The notes under the pieces were generated by a model, which was given only the letters and a program-made list of their open reading frames with translations, ran no database searches and was not told the DNA's origin. From assembly GCA_048128005.1 (NCBI GenBank), contig JBEUKZ010000067.1, positions 62,001-126,000 on the forward strand: a DNA stretch of 64,000 nucleotides, read 5' to 3'. The DNA is from Veleropilina oligotropha. Its lineage: Eukaryota. Made by a program: the position numbers and the translations under genes. Below, piece by piece: positions 12,838 to 25,869 of this stretch (position 1 is its first letter; every line of letters begins with the position of its first letter).

Positions 12838-15800
12838 GGGGAGTCGCGGGTCAAACGTTAGCATAAAACTGAAAAATATTCGATTTTGAGATATCGCTAG
12901 ATTCATGATCTTTAATTATTCAATATTTATACTGTACTATCATATTTGCCATAATAAACGTTATTTTTGATAAAAATGTGTTTTATCGTACATACCCCCT
13001 AGAGTTTTGTTGATTAAAATCGTTAAATGTTGCCTTTTTGGTCGAAAAAGGGTCGTTTTTAATCAAACAATCCATCGCGACCGCCATGTTGTTTATAGTC
13101 AATCCGGGTACCTACGGAAAGCGGTGCTTTTCATTAAGAGTTTCCACTTCCTGTGAGACTTCAGGAGTGAATAAAACTCGCGATTTTATTGGTTAAAATC
13201 TATAAGCATATATATGCGGTAATATTTAAATGTGCTCCGCTCCTATCGAAGACTGACAAGCAATTGGCCCAATACGGTCACGTGTGTGCTTGCGCATGCG
13301 CAGTTGTGACTTTATCGTTCTTGTGGTTCCGACGTTGTCAAATTCAGTCAGCTGTCGCGACATGCGAGTTATGCTCTTTTTAACGCAATAAATTGCCCAA
13401 ATGCCATTAAAATTTGGAGAAAACAAGTTACTACGGAAGAAACAACTACTAATTTGCCGAAGTATAAGAAGTAAACACAATATCAATGTGTCGGTAACCC
13501 GTTTTCGTCGACTTTCCATAACGCGGAAGACTTGTAACATCGAAAATGCGGAGAATAATCCTATCTCGTTACGTGATGTTGGCGTAAATACCGAATTGAC
13601 GCTTTTTTCGATAAACTTGCGTGATATTGGAATAAATACTGACTATTCAACATGTGCAAACGTAATTTCGACCGCGTCACTGCGAAAATTGGAACTTTTC
13701 GGCCGCTCAAACACAGTTAGTCGAGTTTCTTCTCATGAAGCAGCTGCCGAAACCATCTTCTGTCAGAAATCGCAATTATCAAAGCTGTTTGAAGAATTAA
13801 ACTGTCCAAAATGCAATACAAAATCACTGACATTATCTTTTGGAAGTCAAAATTTAGGACTTGTCAATAAATTAAATATAACCTGTTCACATTGTGATGA
13901 TCAAGTGGCATCTTCTTATACATCAGCTAAAGTTGATTATGATAATCACAATTCAAAGAAACCATACGAGGTCACCACAAGAGCTGTAGATGCATTTTTA
14001 GATTTAGGTGTTGGTTTCGCTGGATTACAAAAATTTTGCATGTATATGAACATGAAACCTTTGCATCAGAAAACATTTGTTAGTAATGCAAAATCCGTGG
14101 CTAAATCTTTTGTCACAGGTAGTGAATCGGTCATGAAAAAGAGTGTTGAATTTGTTAGATCTGTGTATTGTAATCTTGATCCCGAACTTGATCCTGGTGA
14201 AGTATTATCAGTTGCGGTTAGTTTTGATGGCAGCTGGATGAAACGTGGTCACAATTCCAAGTACGGTGTTTAGTTTTCGATTTTGAAGTTTTGTCAAAGT
14301 ATTGTCATGTGTGTGCTCAGAATAAAATGGACAGGTCGAGTGATGAGTATAAATTATGGTTTGAGGAGCATGTCACAAAATGTGATATAAATTTTGAAGG
14401 CTCTTCAGGTTCTATGGAACTCCATGGCAGCGGGTGAACAAATTTGGAGTCGATCAATAGCCAAAAATAATCTGCGCTACACGATCATGCTAAGCGATGG
14501 AGACACCAAGACATTCAGTCACTTGCTCGGCTTGAATGTGTATGGCAATGCGTACCCAATAAGTAAAGAGGAGTGCGTAAATCATGTTGAGAAGCGACTT
14601 GGTTCTGCATTGCGAAAACTTTCGAAAGAAAGTAAAAAGCATGGTGTAGCTTTAGGGGGCACAGGCTATGGAAAATTGACTGAGAGGACTATAATCAAAC
14701 TCACCAATTATTATGGTCGCGCTGTCCGTAGCAATAAAGATAACCTTGAGGGTATGAGGTCAGCCATATTTGCCTCATTTTTTCATGCCATCTCTTCTGA
14801 TGACGACCCACATCATCATCATTGTCCCCCAGGTGATGAATCCTGGTGTTTTTACCAGAGGGCTGTCAGCCGGGGCATCGATATACCGTCTCATAAGAGC
14901 AAGATTGGTACTCCATTGTCACACGAAGTGGCAGAGGTAGTTTTAAATGTTTATAAACGGTTAGCTGATGAAACTCTATTAAAGAGATGTTTGCGTGGAG
15001 GCACACAAAACAACAATGAATGTCTGAATTCTGTTATATGGCGTAAGTGCCCCAAGACACAGTTTGTGTCAAAATACCGTGTGGACGCAGCAGTCGGTCT
15101 GTCTGTTTCAGAGTTCAACAGCGGCTCCCTGGGAACTCTGCAAACAGTGCAGTTAATGGGAATACAACCTGGTTCTCATTTTACCCTTGCAGGAAAGCTG
15201 AAGGATGAAAGGAGAGTTAAACAAAGTGTTAAGCGAAAGCTGACTCGATACGAAAATATTCGCCATTCTCGAAAAATCGCTAAAGCTTCCGCTGAGGCAG
15301 GCTACCTTCAAAAGGAAGGTGTAACATATCAGTCTGGTGCTTTTTAAGAGATAGATTGTTTTATTTGTATATCATGTATGTACTGCCACCTTTCTAAAAC
15401 TATTACATGTATTCCCTGAAATAAAATAATAAATAACACCAATTATTCTTTTTTATTTTCAATATATGTTCAATGTCGTTTTTCTCAGTATGTGCATTTC
15501 CGACATTGCGAGAAAAAATTAAAATATATGCCATCGGTATATGACATTGAAATTGGGCAGACAGTTACTTGAAAGCAATATCTAGAAAATAACAGAGAGA
15601 TATTTTTGAATTTTTTTTTTTTCATGTAGCGGACAATTGAATTTTTGAAAAAATGCGTCAATTTGTGAAATCTATTTTTTCATAAATGTAAAAATAAACT
15701 TATAAATTCAATATTTTCTCTCTGTTATTTTCTTAACATGGTATTTTCGCACAAAATAAAGTTGATTCCATGCTTCCATGTCATGTATTTCCAGAGAAAA

Positions 15801-15977
15801 ATTAATTATAAGGTAATACCAAAAATATTCAAGATGGCCGCCGTTACCATAGCAACGACCTTGAAAATGACCGAAAACAAGCCATTTTTTATATTAACTT
15901 GGTAAATTCATCTTGTATGCAAAGTTTCAGTTGATTTGAACAAGCAATTAAGTCAGCAAATAGATTTTTGACTCCCC
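12838..15977 (+). mobile_element. DNA transposon with TTAA TSD and GGGGAGTC termini (Kolobok-type)
   Basis: ttaa|ggggagtc ... gactcccc|ttaa. The empty site cagtggTTAAatactgta is present in the duplicated arm (57501-57504). Confidence 0.88.
13401..15347 (+). pseudogene. Frameshifted DDE transposase ('Mutator-like'/Kolobok-P type)
   Basis: CxxC...CxxC zinc finger, SFDGSWMKRGHNS, DFEVLSKYCHVC (alternate frame ~14280), NFEGSSGSME, MLSDGDTK, KEECVNHVEKR, TQNNNECLNSVIWRKCPK. Reading frame breaks near 14272 and 14420. Confidence 0.85.
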
Positions 15978-16739
15978 TTAAATACTGTATTAGCTGTCAT
16001 ACATGTAAATGTTATAAAAATTCCGATATAAAAAAGGTCTAAATATGGAAATTTTGTCAAAGGTTCACGATAAATTATGTTGCAGGACCCTAGGGTAGGA
16101 GAGTTAGCATACCAAATTTCATCAAGCTGGCATGTATTAGCTGAGATATTGTGTAGACAAAATCCTGGATTTATTATCGCCATATGTGCGCTAGGGTATG
16201 TCAAGGTGAGTTAGCATATGAACTTAAATTAAGGTGGCATTTCTAGTAGCCGAGATAATTCTAACTTACCTTGACCTGTCAAGGTGAGTTAGCATATGAA
16301 CTTAAATTAAGGTGGCATTTCTAGTAGCCGAGATAATTCTAACTTACCTTGACCTACCCTACCCTTATGGCGATTCATAATATGAACGAACGAGTTCATA
16401 TTCTCATCACTGTCAGTGGCATAGCTGCCTTTACGCCACAACGCCCGGGCTTGCACATTATTTTCAGGTTTTTTTGTTTTTGTTTTTTTGCTGTAAAAGA
16501 TTTTCGGGCGCAAAGCATTTTTTCAGAAATCGAATTTTTAGATCTAGATTTCTATTCCCCATGCCGTCCACCCCTCCCCACCCCCTCAATATTATTCGCT
16601 AAGTTGTTTTTAAATATTAACGGAGCTGGAGAGCTAGATCTAGGTTGAGGTACGAATAAGTAATAAGTTCGAAACGGAGTCTCTAATTAAGTGTGCAGTG
16701 TTTTGTTTATGATTAAAGTTACGACGCGCGAATTTCAAA

Positions 16740-19700
16740 ATGGCGAATTTGCTGTCATATTTTGGTCCAGTAAAGCCTAAGGCCAAGGCACTCAGTCACT
16801 TGACCCCTCAAGGTCCGCCGTACCCGGACTTGTTAGCGAAAGGTCCTATTCATTATAGGCCTATAGACGACCCTGAGAAGGTTGCTCAGCTTACCGTTTT
16901 GTGGGAAAACGATCATCTGTACTCGTTCACAGAAAGGTATGTACTACTACTACATAGTCCTAGACTATTCATTGTATAATTATTTAACCTCGTACCTACG
17001 GAAGCGCGAAATTTCGCGCCTCGAGGGGTTCCCTGTAATACATTGCGCTCAGTGATAGCCTATGCTATTAACGGCTATAAATAAACTGCCCGCACTGTCT
17101 AGAGATAGTATGACGTCAATTTTTGGAGATTTCCTCTACACTATAATCGCCTGCTGTATGCGGCGTGTTGATGCGATTGTAACTTGGATTTTTTTCGCGA
17201 AATGGCTATCAATACGCAACGTTTTCGGGGAATTGATGATGTGTATGAAGTAATGATTATTAGACGAGATAAGGGGTGTAGATTGTGATTTAAATGTAGA
17301 CGATGAATCAGACGTTTCTGATATTGATGGGCATAGGCCCTACCACGCCTCTATTGGTTTGCATGTACTCCGAGATCAAGCAGGAACATACGACAGTGAT
17401 CAAGAAAGTGATGAAAATGCTGGTATTCTCTTCAATTGAAATGTGCCCGCGTGGGTTCGAATCCCATCACTTCCACTTTTTTTTCTTTTTTATATATAAA
17501 AATGTTTAATACATTTTATTTAACTAACATTATAATTTTTTAAACTTTTTTACTGTAACATTTACTGATAACTTAATCTTATATTCTAATTATATTGTTT
17601 GCCTATTTTCCCAGAAAACTAAACGGCAAAATGCGGAAGCTGTCCGACAAATGGCTCAAGAACTGCACGTGGTTACGCTATTCAATGTCGCAGGATGCCC
17701 TATATTGTGCGCCGTGTGTCCTGTTCGGCAAGGAGAAGACGTTTAAAGCTAATCCGGTGACTGACTGGTCCAATCTTGCTGGGTATGTCAAGCGGCACAT
17801 ACGCCCGGAGTCCAGCCACCACACATACACACTTATGGCTGAAAATTTCGTAGACATCCAACATGGGAACAAAAAAACAATATCCAATATGGTATCGGAC
17901 AGCCGTAGGACCACAATTCATAATAACCGGAATATCTTGAAGCAGATAATTGAGACCCTTATTCTGTGTGGCAGACAAAATATTGCCATACGAGGACATA
18001 TTGAACAACGGCGCAATTTCTTCGCCTTACTGCACTTTAAAGCCCAGGATAATGCAGACCACTTTGGCGGCGGAGCGAGTCCACGAGCAAAGTACATATC
18101 ACCTGATGTGCAGAATGAGTTACTGTCACTGTGCGGAAGCCAGCTCACTGAAGACACATTGAGAGCCTGCAGCGAGGCCAGTTGTTTTGCACTGTTAGCA
18201 TATGAGTGCACAGACAAAGCCATGAAAGAGCAAATTTCCGTGTGCTTACGGTTTGTTGACAAACAGAGCCATGTACGGGAGGAGTTCCTGGACTTTGTCG
18301 AGGCTACTACTACGAAGGGTGTAGATATAGCGAAGTCACTGCTCGATAATCTTCGTGGTCACGGTATTGACATACAAAAAATGCGTGCCCAAGGCTACGA
18401 CGGGGCCGCAAATATGAGCGGGAAGATCAAAGGCGTACAAACACGCTTACGCGAGATTGTGCCGGAGGCTACATACGTGCACTGCAAGGCACATTGCCTG
18501 AACCTAACAGTCGTGCAGGCAAGTAACATTCCAGCCTTACGCACAATGATGGGAACCGTCCAGGATGTCGCATTCTCGTTTGATTATTCTGCTAAGAGGC
18601 TGCAAGCCTTCCATGACGAGCTGGCACGTGACCAGACGTCACAGCCAAACTGGATGGACGTACAAAACTTAGGACTCTGTGCGAAACCAGGTGGACCAGT
18701 CGTGCCGATGCATTGTCTACCTTCAAGTCGGCATATTCCACTGTGGTTCACGGTCTTGAACACTTGCAGGAAACTGGAGACCACAAGGCAGGTATGCGGC
18801 TGGCAGCAGTGACCTGCTTCGACTTCATCGTGGCACTGGTTGTAGCTGAGCACGTGCTACAAAACACAGTCAACCTGTCCTACCTGTTACAGGCCAAAGA
18901 CTGCGATGTCCTGGAAGCCATCACAGAAAGCAAGGTGGTCATGCAACAGCTCCAGGATGAACGAACAGATGGGGCAGTGTGGGACGCTCTGTACGAGACA
19001 GCAATTCAACTTGGGAATGCAATAGGCGTAGATCCATCGATGCCACGTGTTGCTAATCGACAGGCAAATAGAGCGAACCCCCTAGCAGAGAACGCTAGTG
19101 AGTACTGGCATAAGTCTCTTTACCTACCGTTCATGGATCACCTCAATACCCAGCTCACAGATCTACTTCTGAATGCTGAGGAACGCCTGATAGCAGGATG
19201 TCTTCTACCTACTAAGCTGGATGAGTGCACAGCAGAGGTGATGAGGCGAATCTTCAATGAGTACAGCCGAGACCTACCACAGGGTTACGACGAGTTCGTT
19301 GCAGAAGTCAACCGATGGAAGACGAGGAAAGTACAATGTACAGTATATATTAATGACGATATGTACACTCCACTAAAAACGAATATTGGAAACACTTGAA
19401 GGCCTTGCTCATTTGGGTCCTCTCGAAGGTACCTTATAAGCAATAACAAACAAACAAGTCCTTGATCAACGCAGGGTGATCCAATATGCTAAAATATTAT
19501 ATTTCTACATTGTTAGAGAAGACAGTTTTCAAGACTTTCGATTTTTTACATAAGCTCGATTGTGAAGATAGATGGTGACATAGTCAATTTGGAGTCCCCT
19601 ATGGCCTTGTCAACCTGGAACCAACAGAACTCTATTCAATTATGGTGAACGTTTATTGCTCAAGGAAACAGTAATTGTACTTGAAATTGAATACCCGAAG

Positions 19701-20007
19701 TTCATTGTATTAGTTATGATATATTTATAGATGGAGCATGACAGAAGAAAAGCCTGCCACCCTGGAGCGGAGTAACCCAGTCCTATATCATCGAATCACT
19801 CGCGTGCTGACGGTGCTGCTCACCATGCCGCCGTCCACAGCCTCGGTTGAGCGCACATTCAGCGTCATGAAAAGACTGAAGACATATATCAGAGCAACCA
19901 TGCTAACGGACAGAATGTCTAATTTGGCAAAACTTCATATTTACAGGGAAAAGGTTATCAATGTTGACGCCATCATAGACAGATTTGCCGAAGATAAATA
20001 CATGTAA
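16740..20007 (+). pseudogene. Intron-containing hAT transposase (ZMYM1/THAP12-like: TTF zinc finger, DUF4371 region, hATC dimerisation domain), frameshifted
   Basis: Exon 16740-16936 splices in frame to 17615. Motifs WLRYSMSQDALYCAPCVLF, RAQGYDGAANMSG, YVHCKAHCLNL, TRW (alternate frame), PPSTASVERTFSVMKRLKTYIRATM. Frameshift near 18640. Confidence 0.85.
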
Positions 20008-20367
20008 TTCTAAGAGTGACAATATAAGATTAATGCTACTTTGTTCGTGCTTCTGCAGCATTATTACTATTCTTGCATAAAGAAAGACAAAAACGGCCCC
20101 GAAATAGGCGTTATTTACATGCTAATTTAATACTCGCTCGGTAAATTACAGTTTGTTTCATGGGGGTATATACTATATAAAATTGATGTTTGAAACACTG
20201 AACTTTTCTTATGTGTTTGTTAGTGTATACATTTCCCTTAAAAGGTGCCAGAGTGCACCATTTGATGTCTAGGTTTCAAAAAATTCGGGGGGGGGGATGC
20301 CCCCAGACCCCCCTACCTTCGGTGCTCACTTTCGCACCTCCGGTACTCAGTACTTCAAACGGGCTTG

Positions 20368-20705
20368 CAGAGGCGTCGGAGCTGGGGCGGCAGGGGCGGC
20401 GGCCTTCGCCCCAATATTGCTGCCAGAAACGAAAATATATTTTTTAATTTTCTGCTCTCCAAACTAGAAATTTTGAGGCCAAAAAAAATGTCAATTTTGG
20501 TCCTAGAATGCAGGAGAACGCTGATCAGAGCGTCTAAATTAAAAAAATCTTGGGGGAACATGCCCCCAAAACCGCCTAGATATTCACGGCCTACGGCCGC
20601 TCAATCTTCGCGGCCTGCGGCCGCTCACGTACGTGGCTCGACCCTCACGCATCCCCCAACATAAAATTCGGCCTCCCCAATGGCAACATCACTCCGACGC
20701 CTCTG
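20368..20705. mobile_element. MITE nested in the hAT element, 5-bp TSD GCTTG
   Basis: TIR cagaggcgtcggag / ctccgacgcctctg, with gcttg on both flanks. Confidence 0.85.
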
Positions 20706-21059
20706 GCTTGCACATCATTTTCAGCTGGCTACGCCACTGACTGTGTGAACATTGTCCGATATGACTGATTGCAGCAGTCATGGAATATGTTAACTAGGGT
20801 GTAAATGTTATCTCTGTTATATTTGTCATCTGAATCTGAAAGTTACACCTCAGGGCCGGTTATGGCATAAATGCGATGGGAGAGAAAGTGCAGCAGCTAT
20901 GTGTTGTTAGTCCTGCTGCCTGACAGCTGCACGGAAAGCAGCCACAGATGTCGTCCTTGAGTTGTTCCAATCAAGTGTGGTACGAGGGAAAAATGAATTT
21001 TTGTCCAAATTGCATGCACACTGATGGTGTGAAGCCCTTGGAGTTGTTATACGAAACGT

Positions 21060-22060
21060 TTTCCACTAGGTTTCTTTAGCAAGTTACAGGAACATCTTGT
21101 CTGCCGTCACCTGCAGATGAACCACTTCCAGAAACACAATATCGTCACCCATTTGCAACACAACTTCAAGTCTATATGCATTCGTGTGAAACCCATCTCC
21201 TGCTTACAGCCCACGATAATATCAGTAGATACGGAAAGAAACAACAGATTGACACTGCCATCGATCCTCGACTTCAGTAAGGCGTTCGATACCGTACCTC
21301 ACTCCAAACTACTCTGCAAGCTAAACAACTACGGTGCCATCAACCACATCCTATAACTGATCAGAGCTTTCGTCACTATCAGGACTCGGAAAGTACTTGT
21401 CGAGGGAGCCCTTTCATCATCTACGAGGAGAGTCTGGCGTACCACAGGGTAGGCCTACATGCAGTACTTGGCTCAATCTTATTCTTGGCCCACATAAATC
21501 ATCTCCCGACTGTGCAGCCATTAATCCGACTTTTTGCTTATGAATGTTTACTCTACAGAACATTCTGAATATTCCAAGGCCATCTCAAAGCACTGGAGAA
21601 ATGGTATGATGACTGGATATGCCGTTCCACGCGAAAAATCCTACCTCCTACTGGTCACCAGAACCAGTACACCGAGTATCATCAGATACCAACTGAATAA
21701 CACTCTACTCGAAGAAGTTGAAGAGAATCCCCATCCATGAGTAATTATCAAAAATTCGCTCAAATGGGACACTCACATCAACAAAACAGCAAGCAAGGCT
21801 AACTTCACACTTGGATTCCTAATGAGGCGTAATCTTAGGAAGGCCCATCAGCTCTGAAACTTACAGCATACCAGTCGCTTGCGAGCCTCATCCTGGAGTT
21901 CAGCTCCACGATTTAAGGGAAAAGATCCAACGTAGAGCTGCAAGGTTCATATATGTGCCGACTACAGAAGAGACAGCAGCGGTACATCAATACTTAGCAA
22001 ATTGAGTCTCAAACCACTCGAAGAACGCCGACGTGAGCAGAGACTAGACCTGTTTTAAAA
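21060..22060 (+). pseudogene. Degraded CR1/L2-group LINE RT fragment
   Basis: ILDFSKAFDTVPHSKLL, GVPQG-like and IQRRAARF motifs across broken frames. Confidence 0.75.
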
Positions 22061-22066
22061 GATTAG

Positions 22067-22495
22067 TCACGAACTATACCATATACCTGACTATACCGTA
22101 CAGGTCTTATCTGTAATATCAATAATACGTACTTTAATATTGCATCTTGTAATTCATGGACTTGTGGTTATGTCACTATTGTTCACCTAATGGTTTTAAA
22201 ATTAACCTTTTTACAGTTCAATACATCAACATGGTTACTCTGGAGTATAAGTACTTGGGTGTTAACCGCAACAATCGCGACCAGTCGGGTAGATAGATGA
22301 AATTACCGATTATCATTAATTTGAGTTATTCCGATGAAATTGCTCTTATAAATTAATTTTAAGACCATCAGGTGAACAATAGTGACATAACCACAAGTCC
22401 ATGAATTACAAGATTCGATATTAAAATACGTATTATAAATATTACAGATAAAGACCTGTACGGTATAGTCAGCTGTACGGTAGATATTTCGTGAC
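22067..22495. mobile_element. Foldback insertion (~140-bp inverted arms), absent from the right duplicated arm
   Basis: 22067-22205 is an imperfect reverse complement of 22352-22495. The right arm joins the flanks directly at ~56720. Confidence 0.65.
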
Positions 22496-22784
22496 ACCGG
22501 GGTTAATGCATGGGCCATATACCTGTAGACTTGCATCTCCAGTTGAATACAAATACCAGTATGCACTAAAAACACCAGAATTTCAGACTGCAAACTGGCT
22601 TACATAACTCTTTAGGAACTCATTATTTCAACTGGAATTTTCTTACGTATTTGTTTCCAACACAGCTATAGATACAGTCATGTGTGCGCCGTAACTGGAA
22701 AACATGTAAACAAAGACTAAAAGTACTCCTCCAGTCCGGAAGGCTATATTCATGATTGAGGTTTTTCCGGTAAGTGACAGATAC

Positions 22785-23186
22785 CAGGTGCGGATCCAGG
22801 AATTTTGCTTATGGGGGGGGGGGGGGGTACAATCAACAGCCTGAAACCCCTTCTCCTGCACTCTGACAGGGCAAAAGCGATATTTCTTACCAACATCTAT
22901 TAACCATTTTCACTGAAATGTATGAGTATTTTTTCACAATTTAACACATTTCTGCTTTCAAACGTGGGGTCCAGATCGACTGTATTCCAAAAAAAGTCGG
23001 GGCCCCACGCGCCAGAACATTTTTACAAGTATATAACGGTGTGAAATCCCCCCTCCTGCATTATTACATTGCAAAAGCTAATAGAAGTACAATTCAACTT
23101 TAGTATTTTGGGGTAGGCCTATTTATAATGTTCTGAAAGTCATTTGTTTCAGATTATATATATTATTTTAGTATGCTTGACCAGCT
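22785..23186. mobile_element. Truncated MITE (CAGG..GGATCCAG family), inverted copy of the element at 35492-35921
   Basis: Starts caggtgcggatccagg. The body is the reverse complement of about 35537-35865. Confidence 0.7.
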
Positions 23187-24002
23187 TCATGATGATATGT
23201 TAGAAGATATTATATTTACAGTATGTGGTTTGAGGGTTACGAGAGGAATATGATGATATTTGTGATATTCCTCCTTTACTTGTTGGAAAATCAATATCAG
23301 TAGTCCTGCAGTATCCCAGATAACGTTGCAGTTGGGTCCCACCAAAGTTTTTTTGCAGTTCTTATATCTTTGAAGGGTGCTGAACAAGAATCCAAGTGAT
23401 GCCACCCTGGCACCTTTGGGTAATTTGCGTAATATGCAAATTAAGTCCGCCATTACCGAAACTAGCCTTTTTTGCGATATCTTGATGAATATATGTAATG
23501 GGATAGAATCAAATAAATGGTGTCTATACCCATGTTTTAAGGGTCTACGAATCAAATGAGACCAATTTCAGAACATTCGTACAATGCGCATGTTCAGAAA
23601 TATGCTAATTATGTGCCGCCATTACCGAAATTCAGTTTTTCAGCGATATCTTGATGAATATATGGGATAGGATAAAATAAATGGTGTCTATACCCATGTT
23701 TTCAGGGTCTACGAATGAAATGAGATCAATGCCAGAACATTCATACAATGCGCTTGTACAGAAATATGCTAATGAAAACCATTGCTCACTTTAGTAATAG
23801 TTGTCATTAGTGTTGAAATGCATTGAATTGAAACTGGCAACCCGGTCCCATAAGTTATATGAACAATGGGCTTACATTATCTTGGACTGGGTTTAGTTGT
23901 GCTGCCGCTTTTTGTAGCAACCCCCCCACCCCCCCATTAAGTGCCGCCATTACTGAATTTATATTTTCTTTGACATCTCTAGAACTACTAGTGATAACAG
24001 AT

Positions 24003-24139
24003 ATCAGGGCCGACCGCACAGAAAGTCTGATAGCACTAGCAGCGACGTAACAGCTTTTGGGTCTATTGTTCTGCTATTGTCTTCAGCGCTGTTACTGCGT
24101 TACTAGTGCTATCAGACTTTATGTGCGGTCAACCCAGAT
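24003..24139. repeat. Small imperfect foldback
   Basis: gaccgcacagaaagtctgatagcactag ... ctagtgctatcagactttatgtgcggtc. Confidence 0.65.
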
Positions 24140-25869
24140 TGAAAAACGTGGCTATACATGTGTTCTCATAGTCCATAGATCCAATAATGCTGGTTAAGAA
24201 ATGATTCTATAACTTTAAAAAGTACTCTTCAGACACTAAGCGTCGCCATAACTGAATATTGATATCCTTTTAGTTTCTCGATTTAGTCAGATTTTTAAGT
24301 AGAAAAACTGTCTAGTAATGTCTATCGCTAATCATTATCTTCTTGGTCAATGCACTCATCATCGTCATCAGTATCTTGTTCTACCTGTTTCTTGTATTCA
24401 TTCTGACAATCACTTTCTCTATGACAAGCACAGAAGAAAGTGCATGGCAAATGACCTACACAGCATCCGCACTGTGCATTATGACATGGGCTGCCTGATT
24501 TGCAACCACACCTTATCAGCTCCAAGATTTCTGGATGAGCAAGGTCAACATCAGGAGGCAGTGTAAATGGCATGATGAGGGTCTTTGTGGCTTCACTCAG
24601 TGGTGTCAAAGGCCGGGCGCTTCGAGTGATGTGCAGCCTTCCAAATGGCTGTCTTAACATGAGCTCGGTGAACATTTTCGGCAAATGCTTGTCTTGTTGG
24701 TGGTAGGGTCTTTAAGCCAGGTGCCGAAGTCAAGATTTTTTGCCCATTTTTCGTGACCATACTTCAACTCTGACTTGGGACATATCGCCAATGTCACTTG
24801 TGCATCCATAGCACTTGGCTATGAACTTGGCCGCTTCGGTGATCACTTCTGGTATTGCAGCATCTAGGTCACCAATCTTTTGGAGAGAATGTACGGCCTG
24901 AAGAGTCTTGATGGCAGTTGCTTTGCCAACACCAAACAGCTGTATCATATCCAGAAAGGCAGTGCATTGCCAGAAGCTGTAGGGCAATATTAGCATGCTT
25001 CTTTGCTGATGCTGCTACATCGATAAGGGCTCTGTCAGAACTAGTGGCTTCCATTGTTAGATGGCAGTTTAGACCAAGATTGTGATAAAAGTGCAGGAGC
25101 GGCACTAAGACATATGTGTCATCGCATATGACCTTTATACTGGTGGCACCACCTTCTGCCAGCCCCGCCATTTGTTGCACCATTATCACATCTGCCTCCT
25201 CATGGAAGGTCGGGAGGTCCTCCCTCATTATTATGACACCACTGCTGACTTCCACAGGTATTGGATCCTGACTGGTAATGACTAGCTTGTTGTTCATCTG
25301 TTGTCCTCTGATTACTAGTTCTTCACATACCAGATCGATGAGTTTGACTTTGTTATCAGCAACTGTCATGACAACCTTTTGTGGTGGCAGAGGACTCTGT
25401 AAGTTCAGGCGATGCCGTTGACTTGCATGTTGACCAGCTCGTGTTGATCTTGTTGCACTCTTGATGCTGAAATCATAGTAGCGGTCAAACACAACATATA
25501 CATCTGTCTTTGCTGTTCTGTGGATGATGAAGGTGCACATATTGTCAATGTAGTCTTGGACAGTTCCCTTGCAAGGGCAGTGCACACACCACAAAATGGC
25601 ACATCCATCAATACAGGCCCGTAGCCAGGAATTTTCAGAGGGGGGTGCGTAATATCAATATGTGGACCTGTTCACGGCCAAAGGCCGTGATCATTGAGGG
25701 CCCGTAGGACCCGAACTTACTAGGGGGGTCCGGGGGCATGCTCCCCCGGAATTTTTTTTTCCCAGAAGGTCTTAGATGCGTTCTCCTGCACTCTGGGTAA
25801 TATATTGACCATTTTATTTACTCCAAATTTGAGTGTTTTGGGAGGCAAAATATAATCTCTAAAATTATA

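Larger units (their letters stand above)
16414..20739 (+). mobile_element. hAT transposon with 5-bp TSD (ACTGT)
   Basis: TIR cagtggcatagc / gctacgccactg. ACTGT at 16409-16413 and 20740-20744. The empty site is visible at ~57110. Confidence 0.85.
12430..22775. repeat. Left arm of an inverted duplication (partner 56448-57900), expanded by insertions
   Basis: Colinear reverse-complement blocks (approximate ends): 12430-12837 vs 57501-57900; 15978-16413 vs 57111-57504; 20740-20990 vs 56860-57115; 21940-22060 vs 56730-56850; 22497-22775 vs 56448-56716. Confidence 0.9.

Noticed and set aside
17440..17470. gggttcgaatccc, a tRNA T-loop-like motif
   Set aside because: No cloverleaf; probably a SINE or repeat remnant inside a transposase intron.
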